Below, in pieces: positions 49,285-58,708 of a stretch of 64,000 nucleotides of DNA. The first letter of the stretch is position 1. Every line of letters begins with the position of its first letter. Location of the stretch: assembly GCA_964640965.1 (NCBI GenBank), contig CAZXJB010000001.1:6150-70149 (forward strand). The letters are read 5' to 3'. Under the pieces are notes generated by a model, which worked only from the letters and a program-made list of their open reading frames with translations, did no database searches and had not been told where the DNA came from. Both the position numbers and the translations under genes were made by a program. Origin of the DNA: an uncultured Actinomycetes bacterium (lineage in GTDB: Bacteria > Actinomycetota > UBA4738 > HRBIN12).

Positions 49285-50169
49285 TCACAGCCCGAGCCGC
49301 TCGAGCGCGCGCGGGTCCCGCTGCCACTCCCTGAGGACCTTCACGCGGAGGTCGAGGAACACGCGCGTCCCGAGGACGAGCTCCATCTCCTCGCGGGCGC
49401 GCGTGCCGATCGTCTTCAGCATCTGGCCGCCCTTGCCGATCACGATGCCCTTCTGCGACTCGCGCTCGACGACGATCGTGGCGGTCACGCGGGTGAGGTC
49501 GTCCTCGCGCTCGATCTCCTCGACCATCACCGCGATCGAGTGGGGCACCTCCTCGCGGGTGAGCGCGAGCGCCTTCTCCCGCACGATCTCCGCCAGGCGG
49601 ATCTCGAGCGGGAGGTCGGTGACCTCCCCGGGCGGGTACAGCATCGGGCCCTCGGGGAGCCGCTCGACGATCAGGTCGCGGAGCAGGTCCACCCCCCGAC
49701 CCGTCTTGGCCGAGACCGGGACGATCTCCTCGAAGGGCGCGAGCTCGGCGGCGGCCGCGAGCTGCGGGAGCTCGTCCTCCCGGCGGCGCAGGAGGTCGAC
49801 CTTGTTCACGGCGCAGAGCGCCGGGACGCCCGCGCGCGCCACCTGCCGCTCGGCCACGTACGCGTCGCCGCGCCCCACGCCCGCCGCCGCGTCCACGACG
49901 AGCACGACGGCGTCCACCCCCGTGGTCGCCTCGTCCACCACCTCGTTCAACCGCTCGCCGAGGAGCGTCCTCGGCTTGTGGAACCCGGGCGTGTCGGTGA
50001 ACACGACCTGGTACGCCTCGGTCGTGAGGATCCCGCGGATGCCGCGCCGCGTCGTCTGCGGCTTGTCCGAGACGATCGCCACCTTCTGCCCGACGAGGGC
50101 GTTCACGAGCGTCGACTTCCCGACGTTCGGCCGGCCGACGACCGCGACGATGCCCGAGCGGAAGCTCAC
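49285..50169 (-). CDS. era: GTPase Era
   Basis: G-motifs 'GRPNVGKST', 'DTPG' and 'NKVD' and a KH domain are present. The GTG start overlaps the cdd stop. Confidence 0.9.
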   Translation of the reverse strand: MSFRSGIVAVVGRPNVGKSTLVNALVGQKVAIVSDKPQTTRRGIRGILTTEAYQVVFTDTPGFHKPRTLLGERLNEVVDEATTGVDAVVLVVDAAAGVGRGDAYVAERQVARAGVPALCAVNKVDLLRRREDELPQLAAAAELAPFEEIVPVSAKTGRGVDLLRDLIVERLPEGPMLYPPGEVTDLPLEIRLAEIVREKALALTREEVPHSIAVMVEEIEREDDLTRVTATIVVERESQKGIVIGKGGQMLKTIGTRAREEMELVLGTRVFLDLRVKVLREWQRDPRALERLGL

Positions 50170-50588
50170 GGCCGCACGAACGAGGAGCGATCGAAGGCGG
50201 CGGGCAGGAGGTCGCGCAGCCGCCAGGAGGCCCGACGACCCTTGAGCGTCTCCGAGACGACGAGCATCTCCGGGCCGAACTCGTGGAGGACCTGCCGGCA
50301 CCCGCCGCAGGGCGGGGTCGGCTCGTCCTCCCCGGCGACGACGGCGACCGCCTGGATCGCCCGCCGGCCGGCGCGCACGGCCGCGGCCACGGCGTTCCGC
50401 TCCGCGCACACCGAGAGCGGGTACGAGGCGTTCTCGACGTTCACCCCCGAGTAGATGCGGCCGTCGGCCAGGACCGCCGCCCCCACGTGGAACCCCGAGT
50501 ACGGCGCGTAGGCCCGCCGCCTCGCCGTCCGAGCCGCAGCCAGGAGCCGCTCGATCTCCTCCCTGGACGGTCCCGCCCGGGGACTCAC
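50166..50588 (-). CDS. cdd: cytidine deaminase
   Basis: The zinc-ligand motifs 'CAERNA' and 'PCGGCRQ' are present. The GTG start overlaps the upstream stop. Confidence 0.85.
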   Translation of the reverse strand: MSPRAGPSREEIERLLAAARTARRRAYAPYSGFHVGAAVLADGRIYSGVNVENASYPLSVCAERNAVAAAVRAGRRAIQAVAVVAGEDEPTPPCGGCRQVLHEFGPEMLVVSETLKGRRASWRLRDLLPAAFDRSSFVRP

Positions 50589-51850
50589 GCCGTGGTCACC
50601 TCCTCCTGCGAGCCCTCGGGCTCGCGACGGCTGATGAGGACCTTCGCGATCCGCCGGCCCCGGACCTGCTCGGCCGTGAACACGAGATCGCCGTACCGCA
50701 CCTCCTGCCCCTCCTGCGGGATCTGCCCGAGGAGTCCGAGCACGAGCCCCCCGACCGTGTCCCACCCGTCGTGGGGCAGCTCCACGCCGAGGAGCTCGTT
50801 CACCTCGTCGATCGAGACCCTCCCGTTCACGCGGTACACGCCCTCGCGGACCTCGACCACCTGCGGCTCCTCCCGGTCGTACTCATCGGCGATCTCGCCC
50901 ACGAGCTCCTCGAGCAGATCCTCCATGGTGACCAGCCCGACCACCGAGCCGTACTCGTCGGTCACGAGCGCCACGTGGAACTTCTGGCGCTGCATCTCGC
51001 GGAGCAGGTCCGCGACCTTCTTCGACTCCGGGACGAAGTGGGCCTCGCGGACGATCTCGGTGAGCGGCATGTCGCGCCTGCCCTGGTGCAGCGCCTTCAG
51101 CACGTCCTTCGCGAACACGAAGCCGACCACATCGTCGAGGTCTCCCCGGTAGACGGGGATGCGGGAGAAGCCGTGCTGGAGGACCAGCGCTTGGACGTCC
51201 CGCAGCGTGCCCCCGGCCTCGATCGTCACGATGTCCGGCCGCGGCACCATCACCTCGCGCACGATGGTGTCGCCGAACTCGAAGATCGAGTGGATCAGCT
51301 CCTTCTCCTCGCGCTCGATGCTCCCCTCCTCGTGCCCCGCCTCGGCCATCGCGCGCAGATCGGCCTCGGACACGAACGGCCCCTGCCGGAGCCCCTTGCC
51401 CGGCAGCAGGACGTTCGCGAGGCCGATGAGGGCTCGCGTCGGCGCCGCGAGCAGCCGGCCGAGGAACCACACGAAGGGCGCGAGCGCGAGCGCCGCGCGG
51501 TCGCTGTGGAGCACGCCGAAGGTCTTGGCCATCGCCTCGACGACCACGAAGTAGAGGAGGGTGAACCCGACCGAGACCAGCGTGATCCCGAGGCCGCCGA
51601 AGCTGCGCTCGGCGAGGATCGCGACGACGATCGCCGAGCCGTTCTGGCAGAACATCACCGCGAGGTACACGGCGTTCAGGTACCGCGGCGGATCCGCCTC
51701 GATCCGCTCGAGCAGGGCGGCGTTGCGGTGTCGCTCCTCCACGAGCGCGAGGGCCCGCACGCGCGTCATCCGCGTGAGCGCCGCCTCCGAGACCGCGAGC
51801 ACCGTCCCGAGGGCGACGAGGAACACGACGAGCGCCCACAGCCAGGTCAC
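50585..51850 (-). CDS. hemolysin-family / CNNM (DUF21-CBS-CorC_HlyC) protein
   Basis: A DUF21 TM domain, a CBS pair and a C-terminal CorC domain are present. GTG 51850 overlaps the ybeY stop. Confidence 0.85.
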   Translation of the reverse strand: MTWLWALVVFLVALGTVLAVSEAALTRMTRVRALALVEERHRNAALLERIEADPPRYLNAVYLAVMFCQNGSAIVVAILAERSFGGLGITLVSVGFTLLYFVVVEAMAKTFGVLHSDRAALALAPFVWFLGRLLAAPTRALIGLANVLLPGKGLRQGPFVSEADLRAMAEAGHEEGSIEREEKELIHSIFEFGDTIVREVMVPRPDIVTIEAGGTLRDVQALVLQHGFSRIPVYRGDLDDVVGFVFAKDVLKALHQGRRDMPLTEIVREAHFVPESKKVADLLREMQRQKFHVALVTDEYGSVVGLVTMEDLLEELVGEIADEYDREEPQVVEVREGVYRVNGRVSIDEVNELLGVELPHDGWDTVGGLVLGLLGQIPQEGQEVRYGDLVFTAEQVRGRRIAKVLISRREPEGSQEEVTTA

Positions 51851-52284
51851 GGGACCCGCACCCCCGAGTACCGCTCCTGCAGGGCCCACATCCGAGCGCG
51901 CTCGTCCTCCTCCTCGTGGTCGTGCCCGAGCAGGTGCAGGATGCCGTGCACGAGCAGCAGCCGCACCTCAGCAGCCGGATCCGCCGGGTTGTTGCGGGCC
52001 GCCACGGCCGGGCAGATCACCACGTCGCCGAGCAGGCGGACGCTCTCCTCGTCCACCTCGTCGAGGGGGAAGGCGAGCACGTCCGTCGGACCGGGCTCGC
52101 CGAGGTACCGCTCTTGCAGCTCGGCCATCTCCTCCTCGGTGACGAAGGAGACCGAGAGCTCCGAGGCCGCCGCCCCCTCCCCGCGCAGGACGGCCTCCGC
52201 GAGCGCGACGAGCGCCTCCCGGTCGACCGGCCGGTCCTGCCGGTCGTCCACGAGCACCCTGGGGCTATGGTCCCCGTCAGCCAT
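51847..52284 (-). CDS. ybeY: rRNA maturation endoribonuclease YbeY
   Basis: The 'HGILHLLGHDH' zinc motif is present. Confidence 0.9.
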   Translation of the reverse strand: MADGDHSPRVLVDDRQDRPVDREALVALAEAVLRGEGAAASELSVSFVTEEEMAELQERYLGEPGPTDVLAFPLDEVDEESVRLLGDVVICPAVAARNNPADPAAEVRLLLVHGILHLLGHDHEEEDERARMWALQERYSGVRVP

Positions 52285-54331
52285 CGCCGCGCGCCCGTCG
52301 CTCCGCGTGCAGGCGGTACGCCTCCACGATGTCCTGCACGATCCGGTGTCGGACCACGTCCCGCGCCGTCAGGTGGACGAACTCGATCCCCTCGATCCCC
52401 GCGAGGATCTCCTCCATCATCGTGAGGCCCGAGGTCTGCCCCGGCGGCAGGTCGATCTGCGTGACGTCCCCGTTCACGACCACCTTGGAGCCGAACCCGA
52501 GCCGGGTGAGGAACATCTTCATCTGCTCCGGGGTGGTGTTCTGCGCCTCGTCCAAGATGATGAACGCATCATTCAGGGTGTTGTGCGTGACGAGGAAGTC
52601 CTCCGTGACGTACAGCCCATCCGCGGCAGCCACGGCGATGCACACGCTCTCACGCTCCCCGGCCGGCTCGATCGCCTCCACGTAGCGTCTGGGCGCGGCA
52701 CCGCCGATGGCGAGGTACGTCCGGAGCTTCCTCGTCAGCCGGAACGGCGCCATGCCCGGTGGCAGGCGGATGTCGAGGACGTGCGCGTCGGCTCGGTGGT
52801 GCACGGGGCGACCCTGGGCGTTGCCGGGAGGACGCCCGGCCGACGCCCGCACCCTCCGGTACACGACGCCGCCGAGGGAACGGACGAGGAAGACGACGTC
52901 GTCGGCCAGACGTGATGAGGTCGTCGAGTACTGGATCCGGCACCGCCGGCCCGCCTGCGTCACCGGTCCGCCGTCGGTGTCGAGCAGCCCCTGCAGGACC
53001 GCGAGACGCACCTCGGGCGTGTTCCACAGGTACTCCTCGGGCACGAACTTCGTTCCCGAGCGAACGCCCGCGAGACCGAGGTCCCGCAGGAGCTGCGTGA
53101 CGGGGTTCGCAACGATCACACCGCCTCGCCCGCCGGAACGGTTGCGCAGGACGTAGTCGCAACGACCCCGATGGACGAGCTCGATCCCCGGCAGCGCTTC
53201 CTCCAGCGCGAGGACGAGCTCCGGATCCCGGGTCGAGAACGACGGGGTCGTCGAGGTGGTCAAGCACCCATCGCCGAGGAGGAGGCCGAGCACGTAGGGA
53301 TCCAGCGGTACCTCCCGCGGCGCGAGCACGGCCGGTGCGGCGAGCAGCGGCAGCTCGAACCGATGGGCGTGCGCCGCACGCAGCCGGCCCACCATCTCCT
53401 CCGTCCGAAGGACGCGGTACCTCCGCCCGGAACGGCGATCGGCCGCGGTGCGGACGGCCCACAGGTGGTCCGCGGTGCAGAGCGTCGACGCCCCATCCTG
53501 GGCGTGCAGGCGGAACACCGGCTTGCGGCCCTGCGGATAGACGCCGAGCACGTAGGTCGGGGCGCCGTCCGACCCGATCACGAGGTCGCCGACGCGCAGC
53601 GAGCCGATCGGGATGAAGCCCGTGGGGGTCAGCACCAGGCTGTCCACCGGCTGGGCCCTGCCCCGCATGTAGGCGAGGGGGGCGACCTCGATCGTCCCCC
53701 GCTCCATGAGCCGCGGCAGGCTGTCTGCGCCGGTCATCTCGAACAGCGCGTCGTACAGCGGCTTCATGTAGGGGTCGATCTTCTCGTAGAGGGTCCCCGG
53801 CAGGAAGCCGAGCCGCTCGCCGGCCTCGACCGCCGGTCGCGTGAGGATGATGCGCGAGACCTGCTTGTCCTGGAGCGCCCGCACCGCCGTCGCCACCGCG
53901 AGGTAGGTCTTGCCCGTCCCCGCCGGCCCGATCGCGAACGTGACGGTGGCCCGCCGCATCGCGTCGACGTACCGCTTCTGCCCGAGGGTCTTGGGCGCGA
54001 TCCCCTTGCCCCGGCTCGTGAGCAGGACGTCGCCCAGGACCTCCGTCGGGCGCGCCTCCTCGCCCTTGATGAGCTCGATCGAGCGCCCGACGGAGGCCGC
54101 GGTGAGCTCGTGCCCGCGCTCGAGCAGCGCGACGAGCTCCTCGAAGAGGAGCCCCACGCGCTCGGCCTCCTCGGCCGGGCCCGTGATCGTGATCTCGTTG
54201 CCGCGGACCACGATCTCCGAGTCGAACGCCGCCTCGACGAGCTTGAGCAGCTCGTCGCGCTGACCGAGGAGGGCGACCATGGTGTGGTCACCGGGCACGA
54301 GGATCTTCACCTGGGTCCGCGTCTCACCCAA
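52277..54331 (-). CDS. phoH: PhoH-like P-loop ATPase interrupted by a 359-aa intein
   Basis: The extein reads 'GPAGTGKTY' (Walker A) ... 'IEVAPLAYMRGR' | intein | 'TLNDAFIILDEAQNTT'. The spliced host protein would be about 325 aa, the normal PhoH size. Confidence 0.85.
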   Translation of the reverse strand: MGETRTQVKILVPGDHTMVALLGQRDELLKLVEAAFDSEIVVRGNEITITGPAEEAERVGLLFEELVALLERGHELTAASVGRSIELIKGEEARPTEVLGDVLLTSRGKGIAPKTLGQKRYVDAMRRATVTFAIGPAGTGKTYLAVATAVRALQDKQVSRIILTRPAVEAGERLGFLPGTLYEKIDPYMKPLYDALFEMTGADSLPRLMERGTIEVAPLAYMRGRAQPVDSLVLTPTGFIPIGSLRVGDLVIGSDGAPTYVLGVYPQGRKPVFRLHAQDGASTLCTADHLWAVRTAADRRSGRRYRVLRTEEMVGRLRAAHAHRFELPLLAAPAVLAPREVPLDPYVLGLLLGDGCLTTSTTPSFSTRDPELVLALEEALPGIELVHRGRCDYVLRNRSGGRGGVIVANPVTQLLRDLGLAGVRSGTKFVPEEYLWNTPEVRLAVLQGLLDTDGGPVTQAGRRCRIQYSTTSSRLADDVVFLVRSLGGVVYRRVRASAGRPPGNAQGRPVHHRADAHVLDIRLPPGMAPFRLTRKLRTYLAIGGAAPRRYVEAIEPAGERESVCIAVAAADGLYVTEDFLVTHNTLNDAFIILDEAQNTTPEQMKMFLTRLGFGSKVVVNGDVTQIDLPPGQTSGLTMMEEILAGIEGIEFVHLTARDVVRHRIVQDIVEAYRLHAERRARGDG
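52580..53656 (-). other. intein with a LAGLIDADG homing-endonuclease domain inserted in the PhoH Walker-B-proximal region
   Basis: The N-terminal block 'AQPVDSLVLTPTGFIPIG' (Ala1) and the C-terminal 'LVTHN' followed by +1 Thr are present. LAGLIDADG-like motifs 'LGLLLGDGCL' and 'VLQGLLDTDGG' are present. Confidence 0.75.
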
Positions 54332-54443
54332 ACGTCAGCGTCCGGGGCTCCTCCCCGTTCCCTCCTCGGTCGATGACCGACCGCCGCTCATCGGGCGGCC
54401 TCTGCTCGCATCGTACCCCGAGCGGCGGGCCCGCTCGCGCCGC

Positions 54444-54794
54444 TCATCCCGGGGGCCAGCTCATCGGCCGCCCGCCCAGCAGGTGCACGTGCAGGTGGTA
54501 CACGTGCTGCCCGCCCTCGCGGCCGACGTTCGTCACCAGGCGCCACCCGCGGTCCTCCAGCCCCTCGGCGCGCGCCACCTGACGCGCGGCGCGGAACAGG
54601 TCGGCGAGCATCGCCGCGTGCCGCTCCTCGATCTCCGCCGCCGAGGCCAGGTGCTCCTTCGGGATGAGCTGGACGTGGACCGGCGCGACGGGCGCGATGT
54701 CGCGCAAGGCCATCACCGTCTCGCTCGCGAAGAGCACCTCGGCCGGCTCCTCCCCGGCGACGATCCGGCAGAACACGCAGCTCGAGCCGTTCAC
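54444..54794 (-). CDS. HIT-family (histidine triad) protein
   Basis: The motifs 'CVFCRI' and 'HLHVHLLGG' are present. Confidence 0.85.
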   Translation of the reverse strand: MNGSSCVFCRIVAGEEPAEVLFASETVMALRDIAPVAPVHVQLIPKEHLASAAEIEERHAAMLADLFRAARQVARAEGLEDRGWRLVTNVGREGGQHVYHLHVHLLGGRPMSWPPG

Positions 54795-55906
54795 CGGAGC
54801 TCCTCCGGCTCGGGCTTGCGCAGCACCGCGGCCTCCCGCGCGCGGCGGCCCGCGACCTGGCCCCGGAGCTCGGCGAAGCGCTCGAGCAGCTCCCGCTCCT
54901 GCTTGGTGAGGTCGGTGGGCGTCCGGACGCGGATCGTCACGAACAGGTCCCCGCGTCCGCGTCGGCCGAGGCTCGGCAGCCCCTTGCCCCGGAGGCGCAC
55001 GACCGTCCCCGAGGCCGTCCCGGGCTCGATCCGGATGCGCTCGGTCCCTTCGAGGGTGGCCACCTCGAGCTCGGCCCCGAGCGCGGCCTGCACCATCGGG
55101 ACCTCGAGGACGGCGAAGAGGTCCTGCCCCCGACGCTCGAAGATCGGATGCTCCGCGACCCGGACCTGCAGGTAGAGGTCACCGGGTCGACCCCCCGCCA
55201 CGCCGGCGTTCCCGGCCCCGGAGATGCGCAGCTCCAGCCCGTCCGCGACCCCGGGCGGGAGCTCGACGGGGACGACCCGGACGGCCGCGACGCGCCCCCC
55301 TCCCCGGCACCGCCGGCACGGCGTGAGGATCTCCTCCCCCGTGCCCTCGCAGTCGCCGCACGGCCGCGCCGTCATCACCGTGCCGAAGATGCTGCGGCGG
55401 ACCTCCTGCACCTGCCCGGTGCCGCCGCAGGTGCGGCACCGGGTCGGGCCCGTGCCGGGCTCCGCCCCCGTGCCAGCGCAGGACGGGCACGGCTCGAGGC
55501 GCTCCACCTCGACCTCGCGATGGGTGCCGAACGCCGCCTCCTCGAAGCCGATCGAGACCTCCGCGTACAGGTCCTCGCCCGCCCGCGTCCGCGTCCGGCG
55601 GGTGACGGTCCGACGTCCGAACCCGCCCGTGCCGAAGAAGGCCTCGAAGATGTCGGCGACGTCCCCGAAGGGGAAGTCCATCGGGCCCAGGCCCTGCCCG
55701 TACCGGTCGTACTGCGCCCGCTTGTCGGGGTCGGAGAGGATCTCGTAGGCGGCGGCGATCTCCTTGAACCGCTCCTCCGCGTCGTGCGAGCGGTTGACGT
55801 CCGGGTGGTACTGCCGGGCCAGCCGCCGGTACGCGCGCTTGATCTCCTCCTGCGTCGCGTCGCGGGGAACCCCGAGGATCTCGTAGAGGTCGCGGGTGCG
55901 GGCCAT
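54791..55906 (-). CDS. dnaJ: chaperone DnaJ
   Basis: The J-domain 'YHPD', a G/F region and four CxxCxGxG repeats are present. Confidence 0.9.
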   Translation of the reverse strand: MARTRDLYEILGVPRDATQEEIKRAYRRLARQYHPDVNRSHDAEERFKEIAAAYEILSDPDKRAQYDRYGQGLGPMDFPFGDVADIFEAFFGTGGFGRRTVTRRTRTRAGEDLYAEVSIGFEEAAFGTHREVEVERLEPCPSCAGTGAEPGTGPTRCRTCGGTGQVQEVRRSIFGTVMTARPCGDCEGTGEEILTPCRRCRGGGRVAAVRVVPVELPPGVADGLELRISGAGNAGVAGGRPGDLYLQVRVAEHPIFERRGQDLFAVLEVPMVQAALGAELEVATLEGTERIRIEPGTASGTVVRLRGKGLPSLGRRGRGDLFVTIRVRTPTDLTKQERELLERFAELRGQVAGRRAREAAVLRKPEPEELR

Positions 55907-55912
55907 GGCCGG

Positions 55913-56953
55913 CTAGGCGCCGAGCTCGGTCGCGAGCTCGGTCAGCCGCCGGGCGACGGCCCGCACCGAGGCGACGACCGAGAGGTAGTCCATGGCGGTC
56001 GGCCCCACGACCCCGATGGTACCGAGCGCGGTCTCCCCCGCGCGGAACGGCGCGGAGACGAGCGAGGCCTCCCACTCGCGCGTCGTGGGGTGCTCGGCGC
56101 CGATCGTGACCGAGACGTCGTCGGCGGAGGTGACCTCGCGGAGCAGCCGCACGAGCTCGGACTCGCGCTCGAGCGCCTCGAACAGCCTCCGGACCGTCTC
56201 CCGGCGCCAGTGCGCCGCCTCGTCGGCGAGGTTCGCCACCCCTCCGATGACGATGTGGTGCGCGCGCGAGCCCTCCTGCATGCGGGCGAGCGCGTCGGAG
56301 ACCCCGAGCAGGAGCTCGCGCTCCGCGCCGGGCGCGGCGCCCGCCATCCGCAGCGCCGCCGCCTGCGCCTCGGCCACGCCCTTGCCCCCGAGCGCCTGCT
56401 GGAAGCGCCGCTCGACGGCCTCGAGCTCGCCGTCCCGCAGGCCCTCGGGTCGCTCGATGAGCAGCTTCTCGACGCCGCCGTGCTGCCCAACGATGAGGAC
56501 CATCACCGCCTGCCCGAGCTCGATGAGCTCGACGCGCAGGACCGTGTCCTCCCCGGCCGCCGGCGGCACCGCCAGGCCCGCGTACTGCGTCACGCGCGAG
56601 AGCAACCTCGTCGTGCCCCGCAGCACCTCCTCGAGGTCCAGCACGGTCTCGGCGAAGAACCCCGCGATCGCCCGCCGCTGCTGCTCCCGCAGCCGACCGC
56701 CCCGGGGCAGCGTGTCGACGTACTTGCGGTAGCCGGCGTCCGTCGGGATCCGGCCGGCCGACGTGTGCGGGTGGGTGAGGTACCCGAGCTCCTCGAGGGC
56801 CGCCATCTCGTTGCGGATCGTGGCGGCCGACACGCCGAGGCCCGAGCGCTCGGCGATCGTCTCGCTCCCGACGGGCTCGCCGCTGCGGACGTACTCCTCG
56901 ACGACCGCCCGCAGAACGGCGAGCTTGCGCGCGCCGAGCTCCGCTTCCACCAT
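55913..56953 (-). CDS. hrcA: heat-inducible transcription repressor HrcA
   Basis: An N-terminal wHTH and the HrcA C-domain are recognisable. Confidence 0.9.
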   Translation of the reverse strand: MVEAELGARKLAVLRAVVEEYVRSGEPVGSETIAERSGLGVSAATIRNEMAALEELGYLTHPHTSAGRIPTDAGYRKYVDTLPRGGRLREQQRRAIAGFFAETVLDLEEVLRGTTRLLSRVTQYAGLAVPPAAGEDTVLRVELIELGQAVMVLIVGQHGGVEKLLIERPEGLRDGELEAVERRFQQALGGKGVAEAQAAALRMAGAAPGAERELLLGVSDALARMQEGSRAHHIVIGGVANLADEAAHWRRETVRRLFEALERESELVRLLREVTSADDVSVTIGAEHPTTREWEASLVSAPFRAGETALGTIGVVGPTAMDYLSVVASVRAVARRLTELATELGA

Positions 56954-56959
56954 GGCCGA

Positions 56960-56986
56960 TTGGCAGTCTACCCTTGGGAGTGCTAG
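56960..56986. promoter_or_regulatory. CIRCE-like inverted repeat (HrcA operator)
   Basis: The hrcA sense strand reads CTAGCACTC-N9-GACTGCCAA, against consensus TTAGCACTC-N9-GAGTGCTAA. It lies immediately upstream of the hrcA start. Confidence 0.65.
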
Positions 56987-57021
56987 GCGGGCCGGAGCAT
57001 CCGGCGCGCTACGCTTGAGTC

Positions 57022-58128
57022 GTGAGCGAGTCGGACGCGTACCGGGCGCACTGGGAGGACGAGCAGGACGGCGCGGCGCTGTACCGAGCGCTCGCCGAGG
57101 GGGCCGAGGGCGAGCAGCGGGAGATCTTCCTCGCGCTGGCCGCGGCCGAGGAGCGGCACGCCCGTCACTGGGCGGGCAAGCTCGTCGAGCTCGGCCTGCC
57201 CGAGCCCCGACCCGAGGAGCACCGGCCGAGCCCGCGGACCCGCCTGCTCATCTGGCTCACCCGCCGCTTCGGACCGCGCGCCGTGCTGCCGATCGTCGAG
57301 CGTGCCGAGATCAGCGACGCAGCCCATTACGACGACGTCCCCGCGGCCAAGCCCCAGATGGCCGTGGACGAGCGCATCCACGCGCGCGTGCTCGCGGGCC
57401 TCTCCCCCGCCTCCGTCCGCGGCGGGATCGTCCGCGGCGAGCGGTGGCACCGGGGCGACGCCTCGGGCGCCCTCCGGGCGGCGATCTTCGGCGCGAACGA
57501 CGGCCTCGTCTCGAACCTCGCGCTCGTGATGGGCGTGGCCGGCGGCCAGGCCTCGGGCCGCGTGATCCTGCTCGCGGGGGTGGCGGGGCTGCTCGCGGGC
57601 GCCTTCTCGATGGGTGCCGGGGAGTACGTCTCGGTCCGGTCCCAGCGCGAGCTGTTCGAGCGTGAGATCGCCCTCGAGGCCGAGGAGATCCGGATCATGC
57701 CGGAGGAGGAGCAGAACGAGCTCGCGCTCATCTACCGGGCCAAGGGCATCCCGAAGGAGGAGGCCGAGGCGCTCGCCAGGGCCATCTTCTCGGACCCCGC
57801 GCACGCCCTGGACACGAAGGCCCGGGAGGAGCTCGGCCTGAACCCGGAGGAGCTCGGCTCGCCCTGGGGCGTGGCGGTCTCGAGCTTCGTCTCCTTCGCG
57901 CTCGGCGCGATCGTGCCGGTGATCCCCTACGCGATCGGCTCGGGCGTCGCGGCGTTCTGGGCGGCGGTGCTCGCCGCGGCCGTGGCCCTGTTCGCGATCG
58001 GGGCGGGGGTCGGCCTGCTCACGGGCCGCTCGTTCGTGCGGGGCGGCCTCCGGCAGCTGTTCATCGGGGCGCTCGCGGCGACCGCCACCTTCGGCATCGG
58101 CCGGCTCATCGGGGTCTCCGTCAGCTGA
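57022..58128 (+). CDS. VIT1/CCC1-family iron/manganese transporter with an N-terminal ferritin-like domain
   Basis: A rubrerythrin/ferritin-like N-domain is followed by the VIT membrane domain ('GANDGLVSN...'). Confidence 0.8.
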   Translation: MSESDAYRAHWEDEQDGAALYRALAEGAEGEQREIFLALAAAEERHARHWAGKLVELGLPEPRPEEHRPSPRTRLLIWLTRRFGPRAVLPIVERAEISDAAHYDDVPAAKPQMAVDERIHARVLAGLSPASVRGGIVRGERWHRGDASGALRAAIFGANDGLVSNLALVMGVAGGQASGRVILLAGVAGLLAGAFSMGAGEYVSVRSQRELFEREIALEAEEIRIMPEEEQNELALIYRAKGIPKEEAEALARAIFSDPAHALDTKAREELGLNPEELGSPWGVAVSSFVSFALGAIVPVIPYAIGSGVAAFWAAVLAAAVALFAIGAGVGLLTGRSFVRGGLRQLFIGALAATATFGIGRLIGVSVS

Positions 58129-58228
58129 CCTGCCTCGGCGGGCAACCGATCGCCGGCCCCGCGCGTCAACAGGGGCGGAAAGGGGGGCAGCCGCGCTGAT
58201 CGACGAGTGGCAGATCCGGGAGTTCCTC

Positions 58229-58708
58229 GTGACCGGCTACCCACGCCTCGTGGCCGCCGTGGCCCTGGTGAGCGGCAGCCGCCCGGCCGCCGAGGACGCC
58301 GTCCAGGAGGCGCTCCTGCGCGCCTGGGAGCGCTCGGAGCGCGGGGAGGCCATCGAGTCGCTGCCCGCCTGGGTCACGACGGTCTCGCTGAACCTCGCCC
58401 GGAGCGGACTGCGTCGGGTGCTCGCCGAGCGCCGGGCCCGGGCCCGGCTCGACCGAGCCGACCCGGCGGACCTCGGGGATGAGGATCGGATCGACCTCGA
58501 ACGGGCGCTCGCGGCACTGCCCCGCCGTCAGCGGGAGGCCGTGGTCCTCCGCTACTACCTGGGCATGGACACGCGGGAGGTCGCCGAGGCGCTGCGGATC
58601 CACGAGGGGACGGTGAAGAGCACGCTCTTCCGCGCTCGAGCCGCCATCGCGCGCGCGCTGGGTGTCCCCGAGACCGAGGAGGCGAACGACGTTGACCAGG
58701 CTCGATGA
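58229..58708 (+). CDS. ECF-type RNA polymerase sigma factor (short; the N-terminus may be incomplete)
   Basis: Sigma region 2 ('AEDAVQEALLRAWER') and region 4 ('EVAEALRIHEGTVKSTLFRAR') are present. The only in-frame canonical start is GTG 58229. Confidence 0.65.
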   Translation: MTGYPRLVAAVALVSGSRPAAEDAVQEALLRAWERSERGEAIESLPAWVTTVSLNLARSGLRRVLAERRARARLDRADPADLGDEDRIDLERALAALPRRQREAVVLRYYLGMDTREVAEALRIHEGTVKSTLFRARAAIARALGVPETEEANDVDQAR

